A stretch of DNA of 64,000 nt from an uncultured Gemmatimonadales bacterium (lineage in GTDB: Bacteria > Gemmatimonadota > Gemmatimonadetes > Longimicrobiales > RSA9), in assembly GCA_963798085.1 (NCBI GenBank), contig CAWCRS010000003.1, forward strand, positions 960,001 through 1,024,000. The letters are read 5' to 3'. This document shows, in pieces, positions 60,695 through 64,000 of the stretch. Position numbers and translations under genes: made by a program. Below the pieces are notes generated by a model, which was given only the letters and a program-made list of their open reading frames with translations, was not told the DNA's origin and ran no database searches. Every line of letters starts with the position of its first letter. Within the stretch, counting starts at the first letter, position 1.

Positions 60695-61903
60695 TCACCC
60701 GCTCTCGTGCTCCCTCTCCTCCAGCAGCCGGCCAGGCAGGAGCGCGCGCGGCCCGAAGCGGCGGCGCAGCTGATCCGAAGCCTGCGCCAGGCGACGGTCC
60801 CGCTCGGACTCGAGCGCGTCCGCGAAAAGGTCCGCCTGATCACCGCCCCCGGCCTGCAGGTTCGAAGCGGCAATGCCCAGCAGGCGGGCTCCCGTACGCC
60901 GCGCGCGACGCAGGCGGCGCAGCAGCTCGCGTGCGAGCGCGTACAGTGCGCGATCCAATGCCACGCCATCAGGCACGGTGCGCGACGCCTGGCGCGTGCG
61001 GAAATCGGCATCACGCAGTTTCACAGTGACGGTGCGGGCGCGCAGTCCATCGCCTCGCAGATCGGCGCCCAGCCGCACGGCGAGAGCGAGCAGCGCGGTC
61101 TCCAGAGCGTCGTCGCCAAAGAGGTCCTTAGCAAACGTCTCCTCGCGCGACATGGACCTCGCCTCGCGTTCCGGATGCACCCCGCCCGCGTCCTCGCCGC
61201 GCACGCGGTGGTAGAGCCACTGGCCGCGCCCCGGGCCCAGCCACTGCTCGAGCGTGGTCAGCGCATGGCGCAGCGCATCCTCGACCGTGACCAGACCCAG
61301 CCGCTCCAGCGCGGCAGCGAAGACCGGGCCCACGCCAGGAATGTCGGAGAGCCGGAGTCCGCGCATGAAGGCCGCTTCATCACCGGGATCGACGATGCAC
61401 ACGCCGCCCGGTTTTGCACGTCCTGCCGCGAGCTTCGCGATCATGCGCGTGGCTGCGCCGCCGATCGATACATGGATGGCAGCGCCCGCGAGCACGTCCG
61501 CCTGCATACGCAACGCAGTGTCGCGCAGCGATTCGCCGTGGTAGAGCGCTTCTGTGCCGCTCATGTCGATGTAGGCTTCGTCGACGGAGGCCGGCTCGAC
61601 CACAGGACTGAAACGCTCGAGCACGGCGCGCACGTCGCGACTCTTGCGCATGCAGAGCGCGCGCGGCACCGGGACGACTTTCGCCTGCGGACACAGACGC
61701 AGCGCGCGCCCGGTGGGCATGCCGGAGCGCACACCGAACGCACGGGTTTCGTAGGACGCGGAAGTTACCACGCCGCGATGACTCGCCGATCCGCCCACCA
61801 GCAGCAATGGCGTGCGACCCGCGCCCTCCGGATCCGCGATCCGCGCACACTGCACGAAGAACTGATCGCAATCCACATGCAGTATGCGCGCCGGCCTCAT
61901 CAT
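60695..61903 (-). CDS. dinB: DNA polymerase IV (Y family)
   Basis: ILHVDCDQFF, ASYETRAFGVRSGMP, SVDEAYID, AKLA...KP.G, IPGVG, SREETF. Confidence 0.92.
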   Translation of the reverse strand: MMRPARILHVDCDQFFVQCARIADPEGAGRTPLLLVGGSASHRGVVTSASYETRAFGVRSGMPTGRALRLCPQAKVVPVPRALCMRKSRDVRAVLERFSPVVEPASVDEAYIDMSGTEALYHGESLRDTALRMQADVLAGAAIHVSIGGAATRMIAKLAAGRAKPGGVCIVDPGDEAAFMRGLRLSDIPGVGPVFAAALERLGLVTVEDALRHALTTLEQWLGPGRGQWLYHRVRGEDAGGVHPEREARSMSREETFAKDLFGDDALETALLALAVRLGADLRGDGLRARTVTVKLRDADFRTRQASRTVPDGVALDRALYALARELLRRLRRARRTGARLLGIAASNLQAGGGDQADLFADALESERDRRLAQASDQLRRRFGPRALLPGRLLEEREHESG

Positions 61904-62299
61904 CCCCGCACTCCACCGCAGAGTATCCGCGCACCGGCGTCTCCCGCGCGAATCGCGAGAGCACGCGGTGCCCGGACAGTACCCCGCTTCACGACCCGGG
62001 CATCCCGCGTACAGCACGCAATGGACTGCAACGGTTTGCTGTGAGTCAGAAGCGTCGTTTGACAGGGTTGAATCGCTGATGGCGAAGAGCATTCGATCAA
62101 GCGCTGCGTGCGTCCCGCGAACTGTCGGAAGGCGTATCTCTCACACGCAACGTCACGCACAACGCTCAATTCAGTTTCCGCCAAAACAAGAATCGGATCA
62201 AGGAAGAGACGAGCGATCCGCGACGCGACGGAACCTCAGACTGGCCGGAATTCCCAGCGAAGCACTCTGCGCACGCGCGCTCTCCGCAGTGAGACCGGC

Positions 62300-63896
62300 C
62301 TAGGGTAGCACGCCGTTGGCGGGGTGGAGGTAGACGCGGAAGACGAGGCCGGCGCCCGGGCCGGGCTCGACCGTGATGTGCCCGTTGGAGAGTGTGACGA
62401 GACCGTGCGTCGCGGCCAGGCCCATGCCTGAAGGGAGCAGGTCGGCGAATGGCTCGAAGAAGCGATCCAGCGCGGCTGAGGACACAGGTGAGCGGGTGTC
62501 CCGCAGTTCGAGCAGGATCCACGAGCCGGCGGGCACCTCGGCGTCAGCAGTGTGACGCGTGATCTCGACCGAGGACGTCGCGATCACCAGGCGCCCGCCT
62601 TCCGGCATGGCAGCGCAGCAGTTGGCCGTGAGGTTGAGCAGGATCTGGTCCGCGACGGATCGGTCGATGATCACGGGTCGCACACTCAGATCCAGCTCCG
62701 TCTGGACGTCGATGGCATCGCCGGCCAGCAGGCGGACCGCGGGAAGCCCGCGGTCGATCACGTCGCGCAGATCCGCGAGCACTGGCTGCGGCACCACACC
62801 GCGACCGACGGCGAGCAGCTGCGCGGCGAGCGCGGCCGTCGCATCCACTGTCCGCAACGCATCGTCCAGGTGCATCCTCGCCGGGTCGGCGAGTCCCACG
62901 CGCGACAGTGCGCTGCGGACCGATCCCTCGAGGCGGCCGACACCCGCCCGCAGCTCCTGCGCTACGCCGAGAGCCAGACGCGCCACCGCGGTCATGGCCG
63001 ACGCAGCGGATCGGCGGGCCTCGCGTCGCCGCACATCACGGAGGTCCGTGATGATCGCGACGAATCCGCGGATGACCTCGCCGCCACCCTCGCGCAGCGC
63101 CGAGGCTGTAATGCGAACCGGGAAGGGCTCACCATCGCGCGGCCTGACCTGAACCACGGCAGACCACGGGCGCCGGGCGACCAGCCCGGCAATGATCTCC
63201 GCCGTCTGGCCGGCATCCGTCTCCGTCTGGAGCACTTCACTATCCGTCCGGCCTATGGCTTCCCCGGCCGGCCAGCCCAGCAGTACCTCCGCCAATGCGC
63301 TCCAGTAGACCACGCGATGGTCGGCATCCGTCGCGAAAACTGCCTCACCCATGGCGGCGAGCAGACGGTCTGCGGAGAACGCCGGCTCTGGAACTTCGGG
63401 TGCCGGAGCCTCGGGCGGTGGCTGAAAACGGGCCGGCAGCACGAAGTCGTGACGACCCCGGCGCCAGCGGCGCCGTCGAGCCGGCGAATCGACGGCAGGG
63501 GGAGGAGGTCGTTGCGTAAGGTCGATCATGGCGCCCTGCAGCGCTCGGGCCTTGCCGGCAGCATCGGCAACCGCGCGCACACGATCACGCAGCTGCACGA
63601 CCGAACCGTCCGAGGCAATGGCCCGGTACTCCAGTTCGCAGGGCTGCAACTCACCGAGCGCACGCCAGAATGGCGGCCGCAACGCGCTCGCGGTCTTCCG
63701 GATGGAGAACGCCGATCCAGAAACCGGGCACGTCGCGCCAGCGCTCGAGTGGATACCCGAGCACGGCTTCCGCCCCAGCGCTCACCCGCGTGAACCGGCG
63801 GGTGTGCGCGTCCATTTCCCAGGCGATCAAGCTGCTGCTACCGTCGCTCGATCACCGATTTCCCGGTTGCTTCGCATCCGGGAGGCCACGCCGCAT
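62300..63896 (-). CDS. PAS-PAS histidine-kinase-like protein with degenerate catalytic motifs (frameshift ~63670; 5' end uncertain, in-frame TGA at codon 15)
   Basis: PAS motifs AEAVLGYP..W..LHPEDRERV and AEVLLGWPAGEAIGR; H-box reads GVAQEL; QILLNL, RFFEPF, FRVYL. Confidence 0.75.
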
Positions 63897-64000
63897 CGCG
63901 TCACCTCGACTCCATGGGGGAATGACCACGGTTGCCGTACTCGTGCGCCGGATCGGGCAAGTCCTGCGCCGATTCCGGCCACTTTGCGCCACTTCTCAGA

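Noticed and set aside
13818..63672. Programmed frameshifting or phase variation at the broken genes
   Set aside because: No slippery heptamers or long simple repeats; the genes are unrelated and all shifts are +1
1..64000. Long antisense/overlapping ORFs (e.g. 20001-22157, 45829-48417, 55310-57670) and CRISPR/tRNA/rRNA/IS
   Set aside because: Shadow ORFs are expected in high-GC DNA opposite real genes; I saw no spaced direct-repeat array, RNA gene or transposase motif

Overview
High-GC bacterial chromosomal segment. The PadR plus orphan-permease content and gene styles suggest Gemmatimonadota or an Acidobacteriota-like organism (inference only). About nine +1 frameshifts in otherwise intact genes point to an unpolished long-read assembly. 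The dominant theme is respiration and redox: a B-family (ba3-type) heme-copper oxidase operon; a clade II nitrous-oxide reductase cluster (rrf2-cytC-nosZ-nosB-nosL/D-nosF-nosY) with NosL apparently fused to NosD; and a form II CODH-like molybdoenzyme (coxSLM-mocA/tauE) whose likely accessory genes (coxD/coxE/xdhC/sufU-like) lie about 18.5 kb away on the other side of the nos cluster. Also present: an EACC1-like plus membrane-anchored caspase pair (candidate conflict or cell-death module), trehalose genes, a beta-propeller sensor kinase/RR/diguanylate cyclase operon, three orphan ABC permeases, a thioredoxin-NhaA fusion, dinB, a degenerate pseudo-histidine kinase, two unannotated small membrane peptides, and two intergenic elements bounded by the same ~26-bp inverted repeat. 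I saw no rRNA, tRNA, CRISPR array or transposase. All calls come from reading motifs by eye; no database searches were run.
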